NCBI GenBank assembly: GCA_965267265.1
Contig: OZ253944.1
Location: 3,536,153 to 3,560,152, forward strand
DNA length: 24,000 nucleotides
From: Parvibaculaceae bacterium
Lineage (GTDB): Bacteria; Pseudomonadota; Alphaproteobacteria; Parvibaculales; Parvibaculaceae
Reading direction: 5' to 3'
The position numbers were made by a program, and so were the translations under genes. This document shows, in pieces, positions 1 to 9,608 of the stretch (its first letter is position 1; every line of letters begins with the position of its first letter). Below the pieces are notes generated by a model. That model was given only the letters and a program-made list of their open reading frames with translations, searched no databases and was not told the DNA's origin.

Positions 1-492
1 AGTCACCTCCGTGATGATTTCATCTTCCTCGAGGGCCGTTTCAAACATGCCCGTGAAGTAAGGTTCAGCATCGATTAAGCGCTTGGTGGTGTGGATCTTG
101 GCGTCGAGGCCCAGCACTGCAGCTGGGTAATCCGCCGCAGGGTCGTTGTTTGCAAGCGATCCTCCGATGGTGCCGCGATTGCGGACCGCCGGGTCACCGA
201 TATGGGAGGCCAGCTCCGCGAGTGCCGGCAGGTGTTTGGCGACTTCGGCAGAAGCGGCGACGTCCGCGTGTGTTGTGGCGGCGCCGATGGTGATTGCGTC
301 GCCTTCAGCTTTGATGAAATTGAGGTCCGCAATGTTACCGATATCGACAAGGGTTGCCGGCATCGCAAGCCGTTGCTTCAACGTTGGGATTAAGGTTTGT
401 CCTCCTGCGAGGAGCTTGTTTTCATCATTTGCGGCGAGAAGGTCAGCAGCTTCGGCGACAGTCTGTGCGCGGTGATAGTCAAACTGGTACAT
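1..492 (-). CDS. coxM: Mo-hydroxylase FAD-binding medium subunit (CoxM-like), 3'-truncated by the window edge
   Basis: Absent from the ORF track because it has no stop in the window. Manual reverse translation from ATG at 492..490 gives MYQFDYHRAQTVAEAADLLAANDENKLLAGGQTLIPTLKQRLAMPATLVDIGNIADLNFIKAEGDAITIGAATTHADVAASAEVAKHLPALAELASHIGDPAVRNRGTIGGSLANNDPAADYPA..., open to position 1. This is the typical FAD_binding_5 / CoxM-XdhB pattern (GGQTL, RNRGTIGGS). A GAGGAAG RBS lies in the 9-nt gap after the coxL stop. Confidence 0.85.
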   Translation of the reverse strand, partial: MYQFDYHRAQTVAEAADLLAANDENKLLAGGQTLIPTLKQRLAMPATLVDIGNIADLNFIKAEGDAITIGAATTHADVAASAEVAKHLPALAELASHIGDPAVRNRGTIGGSLANNDPAADYPAAVLGLDAKIHTTKRLIDAEPYFTGMFETALEEDEIITEVT

Positions 493-501
493 GGGTCTTC
501 C

Positions 502-2862
502 TCAATCGGCAGCGAGTGACGGGGTGGCGAGCGCCGCCCAAACACGTGCGGGGGTTGCTGGCATTTCAATTTCTCGGACGCCTAGAGCATCCGTAATGGC
601 GTTGATGACGGCTGGAGGTGATGCGATCGCACCGGCCTCACCACAGCCTTTCATGCCCATGGGATTGGACGGGCAGTCTGTCTGGGTGAAGCCCAGATTA
701 AAGTCTGGCAGGTCGTCGGCGCGGGGCATGCAATAGTCCATATAGGAACCGGTGATGAGCTGGCCGGTTTCGTCATAGTGAGCTGCTTCAAAGAGCGCTT
801 GTCCAATCCCCTGGGCAATGCCGCCCTGAACCTGTCCTTCGACGATCATTGGATTCACGATGACGCCGAAATCATCGACGGCGACAAAATTCACGATCCG
901 TGTCACCCCCGTTTCTGAATCGATTTCGACTTCGCAAATGTGACAGCCTGACGGGAAGGTGAAATTGAGCGGGTCATAGAATGCACTTTCCTTGAGGCCC
1001 GGCTCGAGCTCCGCGGTTGGGAAACCGTGCGCGGTGTAGGCACCAAGGGCGAGTTCCGCCCAGGCCAGCTCCTTATCGGTGCCAGCGACAGTAAAGACAC
1101 CATCTTTAAGCTCAATGTCGCCCGCGTCCGCTTCCATCAGGTGTGAGGCGATCTTCTTGGCTTTCGCTTCGATCTTATCAAGCGCATTTGCCAGAGCGCT
1201 CATGCCGACAGAGCCGGATCTGGAGCCATAGGTGCCCATCCCGAACTGGACGCGGCCTGTGTCGCCATGAATGATTTCGACATCTTCGATGGGGACGCCA
1301 ATCCGTTCACAGACAAGCTGTGCGAAGGTGGTTTCATGTCCTTGGCCATGACTATGGGCGCCGGTGAAGACTTCGATCTTGCCTGTCGGGGCCACTTGAA
1401 CTTCAGCACTTTCCCAAAGGCCCACGCCAGCGCCGAGGGACCCTACGGCCGCGGAAGGGGCCAGGCCGCAGGCCTCGATATACGTTGAGAAACCGATGCC
1501 GCGTTTTTTGCCCCGGCTCTCCGCCTCCGCCTTGCGAGCCGGGAAATTTTCGTAGTCAACCAGCGCCAGCGCTTTGTCGAGTGACGCTTCATAATCCCCA
1601 ATGTCATAGTTCATGATGACGGGGGTTTGGTGCGGGAAGCTGCGAATGAAATTTTTCCGCCTCAGTTCGGCAGGATCGAAGTTCAGTTCGCGGGCAGCAG
1701 TTTCCACAAGCCGTTCGATCAGATAAGTCGCTTCCGGCCGACCGGCGCCACGATAGGCGTCTACGGGCGCCGTGTGGGTGAAGACCCCATCCACTTCAAC
1801 GTAAATGGCTGGCAAGGCATATTGGCCTGAGAGCAGGGTGCCATAGAGATAGGTCGGTACCGATGACGCAAAGGTGGAGAGATAAGCGCCGAGATTGGCT
1901 TTGGTCTGGACATGCAGCCCGAGAAACGTCCCGTCCTCGGCGAGAGCCAATTCCGCGTGGCTGACATGGTCGCGGCCATGGGCGTCTGAAAGAAAGGACT
2001 CGCTGCGTTCCGCCGTCCACTTGATGGGACGTTTGATCTTTGCCGAGGCCCAGGCGCACGCTGTCTCTTCTGCGTAGATGAAGATTTTGGAACCAAATCC
2101 GCCACCCACGTCAGGTGCGATGACCCTGAGCTTGTGTTCGGGCGCGACCCCTACAAAGGCAGACAGCACAAGCCGTGCTACATGAGGGTTCTGGCTCGTG
2201 GTCCAGAGCGTGTATTCATCTGTGCCGCTGTCATAATCCGCAATGGCTGCCCTGGGTTCCATGGCGTTGGGAATAAGGCGATTGTTGGCGAGATCCAGCT
2301 TGATGATGTGTGCAGCGTTCTTAAACGCCGCTTCTGTCTCCGCCTTGTTTCCAAGCTCCCAGTCAAAGCTCGTATTGTTGGGCGCTTCGGCATGGACCTG
2401 AGGAGCTGATCCGTCCTGAGCGGAGCCCACATCTGCGGCCGCATCCAACACGTCGTAATCGACGTCGATGAGTTCAGCAGCGGACTTCGCTTGGGCGTAG
2501 GTTTCGGCCACCACCATCGCAACGTGGTCGCCGACATAGCGCACCGTGTCTTCTGCGAGGATCGGGTGTGCGCCAGCCTTCATTTCCGAGCCGTCTTTGG
2601 AGTGGACGGTCCAACCGCAGATCAACCCGCCGAGCCCATCAGCCGCCACATCAGATCCCGTAAAAATGCTGACAACACCTGGTGCTGCAACCGCTTCCGT
2701 CAGATCAATGCCATTGATTTTCGCGTGCGCATGGGGGCTGCGCAGAAAATATGCATGGGTTTGTCCTGGTCGGTTCAGGTCGTCTGTATAGCGTCCGGCA
2801 CCGGTAATGAAGCGCTTGTCTTCCTTGCGGCGGACGGCCTGTCCTATTCCTGTCGTGCTCAT
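502..2862 (-). CDS. coxL: Molybdopterin-binding large subunit of a form II CO-dehydrogenase-like hydroxylase (CoxL-II)
   Basis: 786-aa ORF with the aldehyde oxidase/xanthine dehydrogenase a/b-hammerhead and Mo-cofactor-binding pattern. Active-site loop reads [12 protein letters not shown] (AYRGAGR = form II, not AYXCSFR of genuine form I CODH). S-L-M gene order also fits form II. Confidence 0.9.
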   Translation of the reverse strand: MSTTGIGQAVRRKEDKRFITGAGRYTDDLNRPGQTHAYFLRSPHAHAKINGIDLTEAVAAPGVVSIFTGSDVAADGLGGLICGWTVHSKDGSEMKAGAHPILAEDTVRYVGDHVAMVVAETYAQAKSAAELIDVDYDVLDAAADVGSAQDGSAPQVHAEAPNNTSFDWELGNKAETEAAFKNAAHIIKLDLANNRLIPNAMEPRAAIADYDSGTDEYTLWTTSQNPHVARLVLSAFVGVAPEHKLRVIAPDVGGGFGSKIFIYAEETACAWASAKIKRPIKWTAERSESFLSDAHGRDHVSHAELALAEDGTFLGLHVQTKANLGAYLSTFASSVPTYLYGTLLSGQYALPAIYVEVDGVFTHTAPVDAYRGAGRPEATYLIERLVETAARELNFDPAELRRKNFIRSFPHQTPVIMNYDIGDYEASLDKALALVDYENFPARKAEAESRGKKRGIGFSTYIEACGLAPSAAVGSLGAGVGLWESAEVQVAPTGKIEVFTGAHSHGQGHETTFAQLVCERIGVPIEDVEIIHGDTGRVQFGMGTYGSRSGSVGMSALANALDKIEAKAKKIASHLMEADAGDIELKDGVFTVAGTDKELAWAELALGAYTAHGFPTAELEPGLKESAFYDPLNFTFPSGCHICEVEIDSETGVTRIVNFVAVDDFGVIVNPMIVEGQVQGGIAQGIGQALFEAAHYDETGQLITGSYMDYCMPRADDLPDFNLGFTQTDCPSNPMGMKGCGEAGAIASPPAVINAITDALGVREIEMPATPARVWAALATPSLAAD

Positions 2863-2893
2863 GAATTCCTCCTCCCGGAATTCCCGTGCTGAC

Positions 2894-3361
2894 TCAAGCG
2901 GGCGTGGTTTCTGCAGCGTCTAGAATGGATTTGACGATGTTTTGGTAACCGGTGCAGCGGCAGATATTGCCTTCAAGCTCGGCACGGACCGTTTCTTCGT
3001 TCAAGTTTGGAATCCGATCGATCATGTCGACTGCTGTCATGATCATGCCGGGCGTGCAGAAGCCACACTGCAGGCCATGATTTTCTTTGAAGGCTTTTTG
3101 CACCGGATGAAGCTCATCACCGTTCGCCAATCCTTCAATAGTTGTAATGGTGCTGCCTTCGGCCTGCAGCGCGAGCATCGTACAGGCTTTGACGGCTTTT
3201 CCGTCCATGTGAATGACGCAAGCGCCGCATTGGCTTGTGTCACAACCAACATGGGTACCGGTCAGGCCCAGGTTCTCACGAATGAATTGGACCAGTAGTG
3301 TGCGGCCTTCGACGTCACCCGATACAGGTTTGCCGTTGACTGTCATAGAGACGAGAGCCAT
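2894..3361 (-). CDS. coxS: [2Fe-2S]-binding small subunit (CoxS-like)
   Basis: 155 aa. Two 2Fe-2S cysteine clusters are present: [10 protein letters not shown] (plant-type) and QCGFCTPGM...CRCTGY. GGAGGAACC RBS upstream. 31 nt upstream of coxL. Confidence 0.92.
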   Translation of the reverse strand: MALVSMTVNGKPVSGDVEGRTLLVQFIRENLGLTGTHVGCDTSQCGACVIHMDGKAVKACTMLALQAEGSTITTIEGLANGDELHPVQKAFKENHGLQCGFCTPGMIMTAVDMIDRIPNLNEETVRAELEGNICRCTGYQNIVKSILDAAETTPA

Positions 3362-3501
3362 GGGTGGTTCCTCCCGAGGTTAGGCAGCGACCGATTTTGG
3401 CCGCCAGGACGTTCGCAGGCGCCCTTTGGGTTTCTTTGAAATAAGTCTCTGCGCTTGCTCGGTCGGCGTCAAGCCGCGCGGTGCCAAGTGCTGAACGCGC
3501 G

Positions 3502-4086
3502 TTACATAGTAACGACGTAGATCGCAATCAATGCGCCAGCGATCACAAGTGTGCCCCACATCCATGGAGCCAAGCCCATTCCGGCTTCCTCGTCAGGCAC
3601 GAGGGGTACATGAGTTGGCGCAATCGCGTCGACTTCTTCCTCTGTGGTGCCACCGGTGATGGCCGCGAACGAGGTAAAGAACTCGTCAGCCATTTTCTTG
3701 GCCGTAGAGTCAATGAAGCGCTGTCCAACCTGGGCGAGCTTGCCGCCGACGGTTGCTTGGACTTCATAGCTTAAGAGAGTGCCGTCTCCGTCTGGCGTCA
3801 GCTTTACGACGGCAGAGCCTTTCGCAAAGCCAGCCGCACCGCCTGATCCTTCGCCGCTGATTTTGTACCCGTTGGGCGCATCAATGTCAGAGAGTGTCAC
3901 ATTGCCTTTAAACTTGGCGCTGACCGGCCCGACTTTGGCTTTTGCTACGGCAGCGAATTCGGTATCGCTTATCTTTTCCACGCTTTCAGCGCCTGGAATG
4001 GACTGGTGCAGGACTTCCGGGTCGTTAAGCGCAGCCCAAACGTCAGCTTGTGGGGCAGGAATGCGGAATTCGCCAGTCATTTCCAT
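3502..4086 (-). CDS. coxG: CoxG-family (SRPBCC) protein with an acidic linker and a C-terminal transmembrane anchor
   Basis: N-terminal ~143 aa match the CoxG pattern (MEMTGEFRIPAPQADVWAALNDPEVL..IPG...VGPVSAKFKG...GGKLAQVGQRFID..AKKMADEFF). The C-terminus adds TTEEEVDAIAPTHVPLVPDEEAGMG followed by the hydrophobic LAPWMWGTLVIAGALIAIYVVTM. Confidence 0.85.
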   Translation of the reverse strand: MEMTGEFRIPAPQADVWAALNDPEVLHQSIPGAESVEKISDTEFAAVAKAKVGPVSAKFKGNVTLSDIDAPNGYKISGEGSGGAAGFAKGSAVVKLTPDGDGTLLSYEVQATVGGKLAQVGQRFIDSTAKKMADEFFTSFAAITGGTTEEEVDAIAPTHVPLVPDEEAGMGLAPWMWGTLVIAGALIAIYVVTM

Positions 4087-4128
4087 AACAGGTGGCCTTT
4101 TTTGCTCAAGAACGGTCGGAGTGATCCG

Positions 4129-5823
4129 TCACATATAGTTTAGCAGAAGCGTCGCGCCAAGGAGCACAGCAATCCAAAGCACCATTGATCCAGTGGGCCA
4201 AGCGCGGGCAAGGAGGCCTTCTGTACCATGCGCCCGGCCAAGGGCCGCGATCCCTATGTTTATGCTGCGCAGTCCCATACCGATAAGACCGCCCCAAACC
4301 GAACTGACGAGCGAACGAATTCCTTTGATCAGCGCCGGTCCCAACTTTCGATAGGTCCAATCGAAGTCCAGATTTACGGATTTCAGTTCGGGCGGATAGA
4401 TGCCGGTTCTCATCAACACCGTAAATGCGAGCGCTGAGAAGAAGAGCAGCTGCAGCTGGGTCACCACATGGGTGGTGGTATAGGGCACATAGTCTACTTC
4501 GTAAGGCAGCAACGCATAGAGGGGGTCTGGATAGACTCCGATCGCGATGCAGAGGAAGGCAGTCAAGCCCATGGCCAGCAACATATTCCAGGGTGCTTCC
4601 TTTGGACGGAGGCCACTGTCATGCGCAAAGAAGGCGAAATAGGGGATCTTGATGCCAGAATGGTGGAAGACGCCTGCTGACGCGAAGAGTAGGATACCCC
4701 AAACGATGTAATGCCCTTCATGCACGGACGCTGACAGGATCAGTGATTTCGTGACAAAACCTGAGAAGAGCGGGAAGGCCGAAATGGATGCGGCGCCGAT
4801 CACGCAGAAGAGCATGGTGAGCGGCATGGTTTTGTAGAGACCGCCCAGCTCAGAGCCCTTGGCCGTGCCTGTCCGGAAGAGGACAGCGCCCATACTCATG
4901 AACAAGAGGGCCTTGTAGAGAATATGGGCAAATGCATGGGCGGCTGTACCATTCAGCGCCAGTTCCGTTCCAACGCCAACGCCCACGACCATAAAGCCCA
5001 ACTGATTGTTGAGACTGTAGGCAAGCACTCGACGCAGATCGTTCTCGATCACAGCATAGAAGATCGGGAAGAGCGTCATGGTGGCGCCGATATAGATTAG
5101 GATCTCGGTGCCAGCGAAACCACGTGCCAGAGCATAGACAGCGAGTTTTGTGGTGAAGGCGGAGAGTACGACCGTGCCAGTGACCGTCGCAGCGGGATAG
5201 GCATCCTGAAGCCAGTTGTGGAGCAGCGGAAACGCGCACTTGATGCCAAAGGCGATGAAGATGAACCAGGTGGCGGGGCTCCCGAGCGTCATCGCTTCAA
5301 AGGCAATAGAGCCCGTATCGTGGTATTGAAGGACGACGCCCGCGAGCAGTATGACACCAGAGCCCACCTGAATGATCAGATAGCGCAAGCCGGTCCAGTA
5401 GGCGCCTTCTGTGCGCCTCGCCCAAATCAGGAAGACAGACGCAATGGCTGTGCCTTCCCAGAAAATGAACAGCGACACAAGGTCGCCCGCAAAGACCGCT
5501 CCGATGGCCGCCCCTGCATAGAGCAGCGACATGGTTTGCTGGATGGTATCCCGCACATGCCAGGCATAGATCAGCGCCAGGAAGGCGGCGAGGGAGAATA
5601 TGAGTCCGAATATGGTCGAGAGCTTGTCGACGCGCAGCAGGGTGAGTTCCTGTCCGACCAGGGTGAATTGACCATGCATGCCCTCCGGCATCATCCAGAT
5701 GAAATAGGCACTGATGACCGGCACAATTGCGGCAGCGAGGGCGCGGGGGTGGCCATTTGGTATGAGCGGCAGCAGCGCTGCACCGACAACAAACAGGAGG
5801 AAAGGCGGGAACAGATCAGTCAT
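4129..5823 (-). CDS. mrpD: Antiporter-like subunit, MrpD/NuoM-N family (third proton-conducting membrane transporter paralog)
   Basis: 564-aa polytopic membrane ORF. Signature HNWLQDAYPAATVTGTVVLSAFTTKLAVYAL resembles the MrpD/NuoN TM7-8 motif. Its ATG overlaps the upstream small ORF by 8 nt. Confidence 0.8.
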   Translation of the reverse strand: MTDLFPPFLLFVVGAALLPLIPNGHPRALAAAIVPVISAYFIWMMPEGMHGQFTLVGQELTLLRVDKLSTIFGLIFSLAAFLALIYAWHVRDTIQQTMSLLYAGAAIGAVFAGDLVSLFIFWEGTAIASVFLIWARRTEGAYWTGLRYLIIQVGSGVILLAGVVLQYHDTGSIAFEAMTLGSPATWFIFIAFGIKCAFPLLHNWLQDAYPAATVTGTVVLSAFTTKLAVYALARGFAGTEILIYIGATMTLFPIFYAVIENDLRRVLAYSLNNQLGFMVVGVGVGTELALNGTAAHAFAHILYKALLFMSMGAVLFRTGTAKGSELGGLYKTMPLTMLFCVIGAASISAFPLFSGFVTKSLILSASVHEGHYIVWGILLFASAGVFHHSGIKIPYFAFFAHDSGLRPKEAPWNMLLAMGLTAFLCIAIGVYPDPLYALLPYEVDYVPYTTTHVVTQLQLLFFSALAFTVLMRTGIYPPELKSVNLDFDWTYRKLGPALIKGIRSLVSSVWGGLIGMGLRSINIGIAALGRAHGTEGLLARAWPTGSMVLWIAVLLGATLLLNYM

Positions 5824-6172
5824 TGATCGTCTCCCGGCTTAGTTGGTCTTCGGGAAACGGCTCCGACTCAACATCTTTGGGTGAGTAATAGTCTTCGTCA
5901 CGCTTGAGGACCACGCGCATGGCACGTGCGCAGATGACGAGCGCAGCGCACATAAAGAATCCGTAGGCGGCGTAGAAGCCGGGAATGTCTTCAATGTCGA
6001 GATAGCTGTGCTTGTGATACATAAAGTCGGCTGCGACCAGGCCGGCGCAGAGAATGAAGAGCGCATAGACGATGCGGTCGACATTTTTCATATTGTCGAG
6101 CCAAAGTAGCTTGCGCCCGAGCCAAGGGAGCTTTGACGGATCTGTTTCGGGTGTCTTCATGTCGTCACTCAT
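5816..6172 (-). CDS. Small 2-TM membrane protein of unknown function embedded in the Mrp-like cluster
   Basis: Start re-set to MSDDMKTPETDPSK... (ATG 6172..6170), which forms an ATGA overlap with the stop of the upstream antiporter-like gene. Two hydrophobic helices (IVYALFILCAGLVAADFMY and FYAAYGFFMCAALVICARAM) and an acidic C-terminus. I recognise no family. The longer track ORF (to 6286) would overlap the upstream gene by 118 nt. Confidence 0.6.
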   Translation of the reverse strand: MSDDMKTPETDPSKLPWLGRKLLWLDNMKNVDRIVYALFILCAGLVAADFMYHKHSYLDIEDIPGFYAAYGFFMCAALVICARAMRVVLKRDEDYYSPKDVESEPFPEDQLSRETIND

Positions 6173-7677
6173 GGCTGGGGTGTCCCTTCCGGGAAGGCGA
6201 CCGGCTCGATCAAGGTGTAGATGTCGCCCGCATAAAAGAAGAGCAACAGGCAACCGATGGCCGTGAGGCAGGGTGGGACAACGCACCAGAGTGGCGCTTC
6301 TTGAATGCCCTTAGAAGGCACTGCGGCTGCGCCAAGCGAATGTGCGACCGGGCCAGGATTTCCCCTATAGAAGCCGCGCGCGACAACCGGCAGCAGGTAG
6401 GCGATGTTGAGAAGGGAACTCGCCATAAACACGACCATCATGATGATCTGGCCTGCGTCTGCGGCACCGAGCATCAGGTACCATTTGGACCAGGCGCCTC
6501 CTAAGGGCGGCAATCCGATAATGGAGAGGGCGCCGATAAAGAAGGCAGCGTAGGTGAAGGGCATCGCACGACCCAGACCATCCATGTCACTGATCTCAGT
6601 CTTGTGGGTCGCAACATAGATTGCGCCTGCGCACATAAAGAGGGTGATCTTGCCCATCGCATGCATGGCAATGTGCATGGCACCACCCATAACGCCTAGC
6701 GATGTGGCCAGCGCCATGCCGAGGGTGATGTAAGACAGCTGACTGATAGTTGAATAAGCGAGCCGTGCTTTCAGATTGTCTTTCGTCATGGCGACGATCG
6801 AGGCCGCCAGGATGGAGAAGGCGGCGAGCCACATGAGCCAATCTGCTGCGCCCGTCGTCGCCAGGAGGTCTATCCCGAAAATGTAGACACCCACTTTGAG
6901 CATGGTGAAGACACCGGCCTTCACGACGGCAACGGCATGCAGCAGGGCGCTGACTGGTGTCGGTGCCACCATAGCCGCCGGCAGCCATCGGTGAAACGGC
7001 ATCAGGGCCGCTTTGCCGATGCCAAAGGCGTAGAGCGCTAGCAAGAATGGTAGGAGTGTTGGATCGATCTTGTCCGCCAGGATGCCGCCCTGCTCGAAGT
7101 CCAGCGTTCCCGCGACAACCCATGTCCAGACGATTGCGACGAGCTGAAATCCAATGGAGGTGGTGATTAGAATACCTAGATAGGTGCGCGCACCTTTCCG
7201 TGCGACATCGGTTTCTTTGTGGGCAACCAGAGGGTAGGTTGAAAGGGTGAGCACTTCATAAAAAATGAAGAGCGTGAACATGTTGGCCGCGAAGGCGATG
7301 CCCATGGCCGCGGATATGGCAATCGCGAAGCAGATATAGAACCGGGTTTGGTTGGTCTCATTGTTCCCGCGCATGTAGCCTATAGAATAGAGCGCGGTAA
7401 CGATCCAGAGCCCTGCGGCCACGACGCCAAACAACATACCCAGAGGTTCAATTTCAAAGGCGAGTGACAGGCCTGGCAGCACATCAAACCAATGCGCCGT
7501 CGGTTGCGCGCCGTCGAGGACCGTTTGCAGCAATCCCAACACGATCACGAAAAGCCCGCCGGCGGTGAGAAGACTCACAGCCTCGCGGAGGTTCGGCTGC
7601 TTATCCAATACAGCCAGCAGGATCGTAGCGGCAGCAGGCAGGAGGATGGTAAGCGTGATTGCGAGTTCAGGACTCAT
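6169..7677 (-). CDS. Antiporter-like subunit resembling the N-terminal NuoL-like core of MrpA (no MrpA C-terminal domain)
   Basis: 502-aa polytopic ORF. Motif HRWLPAAMVAPTPVSALLHAVAVVKAGVF matches the NuoL/MrpA-type WLPxAMxxPTPVSALxHAxxxVxAGV signature as I remember it. Its length covers only the ~14-TM core. ATGA overlaps at both ends. Confidence 0.75.
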   Translation of the reverse strand: MSPELAITLTILLPAAATILLAVLDKQPNLREAVSLLTAGGLFVIVLGLLQTVLDGAQPTAHWFDVLPGLSLAFEIEPLGMLFGVVAAGLWIVTALYSIGYMRGNNETNQTRFYICFAIAISAAMGIAFAANMFTLFIFYEVLTLSTYPLVAHKETDVARKGARTYLGILITTSIGFQLVAIVWTWVVAGTLDFEQGGILADKIDPTLLPFLLALYAFGIGKAALMPFHRWLPAAMVAPTPVSALLHAVAVVKAGVFTMLKVGVYIFGIDLLATTGAADWLMWLAAFSILAASIVAMTKDNLKARLAYSTISQLSYITLGMALATSLGVMGGAMHIAMHAMGKITLFMCAGAIYVATHKTEISDMDGLGRAMPFTYAAFFIGALSIIGLPPLGGAWSKWYLMLGAADAGQIIMMVVFMASSLLNIAYLLPVVARGFYRGNPGPVAHSLGAAAVPSKGIQEAPLWCVVPPCLTAIGCLLLFFYAGDIYTLIEPVAFPEGTPQP

Positions 7678-9191
7678 TGGGTGACTCCCTCGCTTGCCAG
7701 ATCGGTCACCGAATAGAGCGCATTCGCAGCAACGGATGCCGCATCGCTGGTGAGCTCGCTGTTGATCCCAAAGTAGATGCTTGCCGCGACCAACGCATAG
7801 GTCGGCAGGATCATTGAGATCGGCGCCTCCTTCGCAGGGCGTCCGTCGGGCACAGGTTCTAGATACGCCACCTCAACAACCCGCCAGACGTAGACTACGG
7901 CGATGAGAGAGGAAGCGACGATCAGGCCAGCAATGAGAAGTGAGCCCGTCTCAAGCGACGCCTGGATCAAGTACCATTTTGAGATGAAGCCGACTGTCAG
8001 CGGAACCCCGATCAGGCTCAGGCCGCCGGCGGCCAGCGCGGCGGTCGTCCAAGGCATCGTCTTGCCTATGCCCTTAAGGTCGCCCAAGCGGCTGGATCCC
8101 ACCTGATAGACAAAACAGCCGACCGCCAAAAAGAGTGCCCCTTTGGTCACCGCATGGTTGAAGAGATGAATAATGCCCGCGGTGACGCCAGCTTCTGTCA
8201 GGAGTGCGACACCCAACAGCATGTATCCCACCTGTGCGACACTCGAATAGGCAAGCAGGCGCTTGATATCTTCCTGAAAGACCGCGGCGATTGAGGCCGC
8301 AAACATCGCCACAATAGCAAGAGGCATCACCACATACTCGAATGTCAGTCCCTGAATAGGATGATCGAACTGGAACACGGTGAACATGAAACGGAGCAGA
8401 ACATAGAGAGCTACTTTTGTGGCCGTCGCCGCCAGAAAGGCGGTTACTGCTGGTGGCGCGTAGCTATAGGCGTTTGGCAGCCACAGGTGCAGCGGGAACA
8501 TAGCGAGCTTTAGACCCATGCCCACCAGAATGAAGACGAAGGCGACGCGCGTTACGCGTGTGTCACCAACCTCTGGCAGGCGTACCGCAAGGTCGGCCAT
8601 GTTGAGCGTGCCAGTGACCATATAGAGGAAGCCCAGACCGATCACAAAGAAGGTTGCGCCGATCGTGCCCATGATCAGATAATTGTAAGCGGCTGTGAGC
8701 GCGCGCCGGTCCCGCTTGGCCCCGAAGGCAACAAGCGCATAGGTAGATAGGGATGATATCTCCAGGAACACGAACACGTTAAAGGCGTCACCTGTTGCTG
8801 CAACACCTAGCAACCCCGTCAGACAGAGTAGGTAACAGGTATAGAAATAGGCGTGAGTTGAGGCATCAAAATCCCGCTCAATGCTTCTACGGGCATAGGG
8901 AAGCACCAGCGCACCGACCAGCGATACAATGAACAGGACAAAGGCGTTGGCGGCGTCGATCCTGTACTCGATGCCCCAAGGCGGTGCCCAACCGCCCATC
9001 TGGTAGGAGATGACCGATCCGTCGAGCACAGACGCAAGAAGCAGCGCTGAAACGACGAAAGCTGCGGCTGACGCGACAAAAGCGATGCCCCAGGCCAGGT
9101 GCCGGTTCATAAACAACGCGCAGAGCGGCGCAGCGATAAGAGGTATGACTACCTGCAACGCAGGCAGATGAGGCGTGAGACTGCTCAACAT
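7674..9191 (-). CDS. mrpD: Antiporter-like subunit, MrpD/NuoM-N family
   Basis: 505-aa polytopic ORF. Motif HLWLPNAYSYAPPAVTAFLAATATKVALYVLLRF is MrpD/NuoN-like. It starts 3 nt after the mrpC stop. Confidence 0.8.
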   Translation of the reverse strand: MLSSLTPHLPALQVVIPLIAAPLCALFMNRHLAWGIAFVASAAAFVVSALLLASVLDGSVISYQMGGWAPPWGIEYRIDAANAFVLFIVSLVGALVLPYARRSIERDFDASTHAYFYTCYLLCLTGLLGVAATGDAFNVFVFLEISSLSTYALVAFGAKRDRRALTAAYNYLIMGTIGATFFVIGLGFLYMVTGTLNMADLAVRLPEVGDTRVTRVAFVFILVGMGLKLAMFPLHLWLPNAYSYAPPAVTAFLAATATKVALYVLLRFMFTVFQFDHPIQGLTFEYVVMPLAIVAMFAASIAAVFQEDIKRLLAYSSVAQVGYMLLGVALLTEAGVTAGIIHLFNHAVTKGALFLAVGCFVYQVGSSRLGDLKGIGKTMPWTTAALAAGGLSLIGVPLTVGFISKWYLIQASLETGSLLIAGLIVASSLIAVVYVWRVVEVAYLEPVPDGRPAKEAPISMILPTYALVAASIYFGINSELTSDAASVAANALYSVTDLASEGVTQ

Positions 9192-9194
9192 TTC

Positions 9195-9608
9195 TTAGCG
9201 TTCTCCGCCTGCCGTTGTGGCGTTTCTCGCCATCTCTTGTTCAATATCGAAGATTTCATCTTCTTCGATTGTGTCGAAGCTCTCGCGAATGCGGATGATC
9301 AACGCAAGCCCCAGAGCAGTCGTGGCGACACCAACGACAATGGCCGTCAGGATGAGCACATGCGGAAGCGGATTGGAGTAGACCTCTTCCTCATTGCCGG
9401 TGAGGATGGGGGCTGTGCCTCCGAATATTTTCGCCATGGATATGTAGAGCATAAAGACCGACACCTGAAACAGGTTGAGGCCGACGATCTTTTTAACCAG
9501 GTTGCCGCGGCTCACCACAACATAAAGACCGATCATCATCAGGACGATGGTCATCCAGTAGTTGTAGTGGCCCACAAAAAATTCGGCTGTCATTCCGTCC
9601 CACATCAC
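9195..9608 (-). CDS. mrpC: Cation:proton antiporter subunit C (NuoK-like)
   Basis: 137 aa, 3 TM. GNLVKKIVGLNLFQVSVFMLYIS and NPLPHVLILTAIVVGVATTALGLALIIRI are typical of MnhC/MrpC. 4-nt overlap with mrpB. Confidence 0.8.
   Translation of the reverse strand: MMWDGMTAEFFVGHYNYWMTIVLMMIGLYVVVSRGNLVKKIVGLNLFQVSVFMLYISMAKIFGGTAPILTGNEEEVYSNPLPHVLILTAIVVGVATTALGLALIIRIRESFDTIEEDEIFDIEQEMARNATTAGGER

Noticed and set aside
75-475. Track ORFs 75..368(-), 91..393(+) and 146..475(+) at the left edge
   Set aside because: All of them lie inside the strongly supported, manually recovered coxM frame (1..492, minus). Their translations are Arg/Pro/Ser/Ala-rich, low-complexity sequence of the kind produced by off-frame reading of GC-rich coding DNA.
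502-2862. Annotating the cox genes as a genuine aerobic CO dehydrogenase
   Set aside because: The active-site loop is AYRGAGR, not AYXCSFR. The gene order is S-L-M, not M-S-L. No coxDEF-type maturation genes are visible. Only a form II CODH-like Mo-hydroxylase call is justified.
3362-3501. Possible riboswitch (such as a Moco RNA motif) or terminator in the 140-nt coxG-coxS spacer
   Set aside because: I could find only short 5-bp GC hairpins with long loops and no T-run. I cannot recognise the Moco motif by eye. A covariance-model scan (Rfam/Infernal) would be needed to decide.
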